A stretch of DNA of 64,000 nucleotides from NCBI GenBank assembly GCA_038322045.1, contig JBBQFP010000010.1:6506-70505 (forward strand). The letters run 5' to 3'. The translations under genes were made by a program, and so were the position numbers. Positions 63,488 to 64,000 of the stretch are shown here, piece by piece. Source of the stretch: Actinomycetes bacterium (GTDB taxonomy: Bacteria; Actinomycetota; Actinomycetes; JBBQFP01). Under the pieces are notes generated by a model. The model made no database searches. It had not been told where the DNA came from and worked only from the letters and a program-made list of their open reading frames with translations. Positions within the stretch are counted from its first letter, which is position 1. Each line of letters starts with the position of its first letter.

Positions 63488-64000
63488 GCGGGGAGCACCC
63501 CGCTGCGGGCGACCTCGGAGTACCAGCGGGCGCTGGCCTTCGGCGTGCGCACCTGGGTGTCGTAGTCGACCCGGACGATGCCGAAGCGCTGCGAGTACCC
63601 CTCGGCCCACTCGAAGTTGTCGAGCAGCGACCAGGCGAAGTACCCCCGGACGTCGACACCGGCGGCGACGGCGTCGAGCAGGCCGCCGAGGTAGCCCTGG
63701 AGGTAGGCGATGCGGTCGTCGTCCTGGACGCTGCCGTCAGCGCTGACGACGTCGGGCATCGCGGCGCCGTTCTCGGTGATGTACACCGGCGGGAGGTTCG
63801 GGTAGTCGGCGTGCAGCCGAACGAGCAGCTCGCGCATGCCGTCGGGCTCGATCGCCCAGCCCATCGTCGTCTTCGGCAGGTCGGGGCTCACCTCGGTGGC
63901 GTCGAGGGCGGGCAGCACCTGCGGACCGTCGACCGGCCCGGGGTGGGCCCGCACGTGGGTGCGGAAGTAGTGGTTGACGCCGAGGAAGTCGATCGGGGTG
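63484..64000 (-). CDS. GH1 beta-glucosidase (3' part only)
   Basis: IDFLGVNHY, YITENG nucleophile, WSLLDNFEWAEGY, RTPKASARWY. Confidence 0.93.
   Translation of the reverse strand, partial: TPIDFLGVNHYFRTHVRAHPGPVDGPQVLPALDATEVSPDLPKTTMGWAIEPDGMRELLVRLHADYPNLPPVYITENGAAMPDVVSADGSVQDDDRIAYLQGYLGGLLDAVAAGVDVRGYFAWSLLDNFEWAEGYSQRFGIVRVDYDTQVRTPKASARWYSEVARSGVLPA

Overview
High-GC actinobacterial core-chromosome window with no CRISPR array, prophage or integrase. Left part (1-15.9 kb) is the conserved information-processing block: partial rpoC, rpoB, rplL-rplJ, rplA-rplK, nusG, secE, tRNA-Trp, an aminotransferase, adenosine deaminase, murB, two MaoC-type dehydratases, rpmG, tRNA-Met/Thr/Tyr and yajQ. 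The rest is a respiration/quinone region: a three-gene second complex I remnant (nuoB2-C2-I2), a nucleobase permease, korAB, rarD, an ABC importer, a polyprenyl synthase, the full nuoA-N operon, and menJ, G, F, D, C, B, E, A. The men genes are interrupted by accessory genes: csbD, dinB, a DUF222-HNH nuclease with LexA and PafBC motifs, an ECF sigma/anti-sigma pair, a sirtuin, two PIN-type toxin-antitoxin pairs and a YtrA-like GntR module. The window ends with an aminoacyl-phosphatidylglycerol synthase-like gene, a CEOS-like gene and a partial GH1 beta-glucosidase. I cannot demonstrate a new system from sequence alone. The best lead is the nuoB2-C2-I2 mini-operon, which has intact Fe-S ligands but no membrane subunits, near korAB. 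All calls rest on motif recognition by eye; no searches were run.
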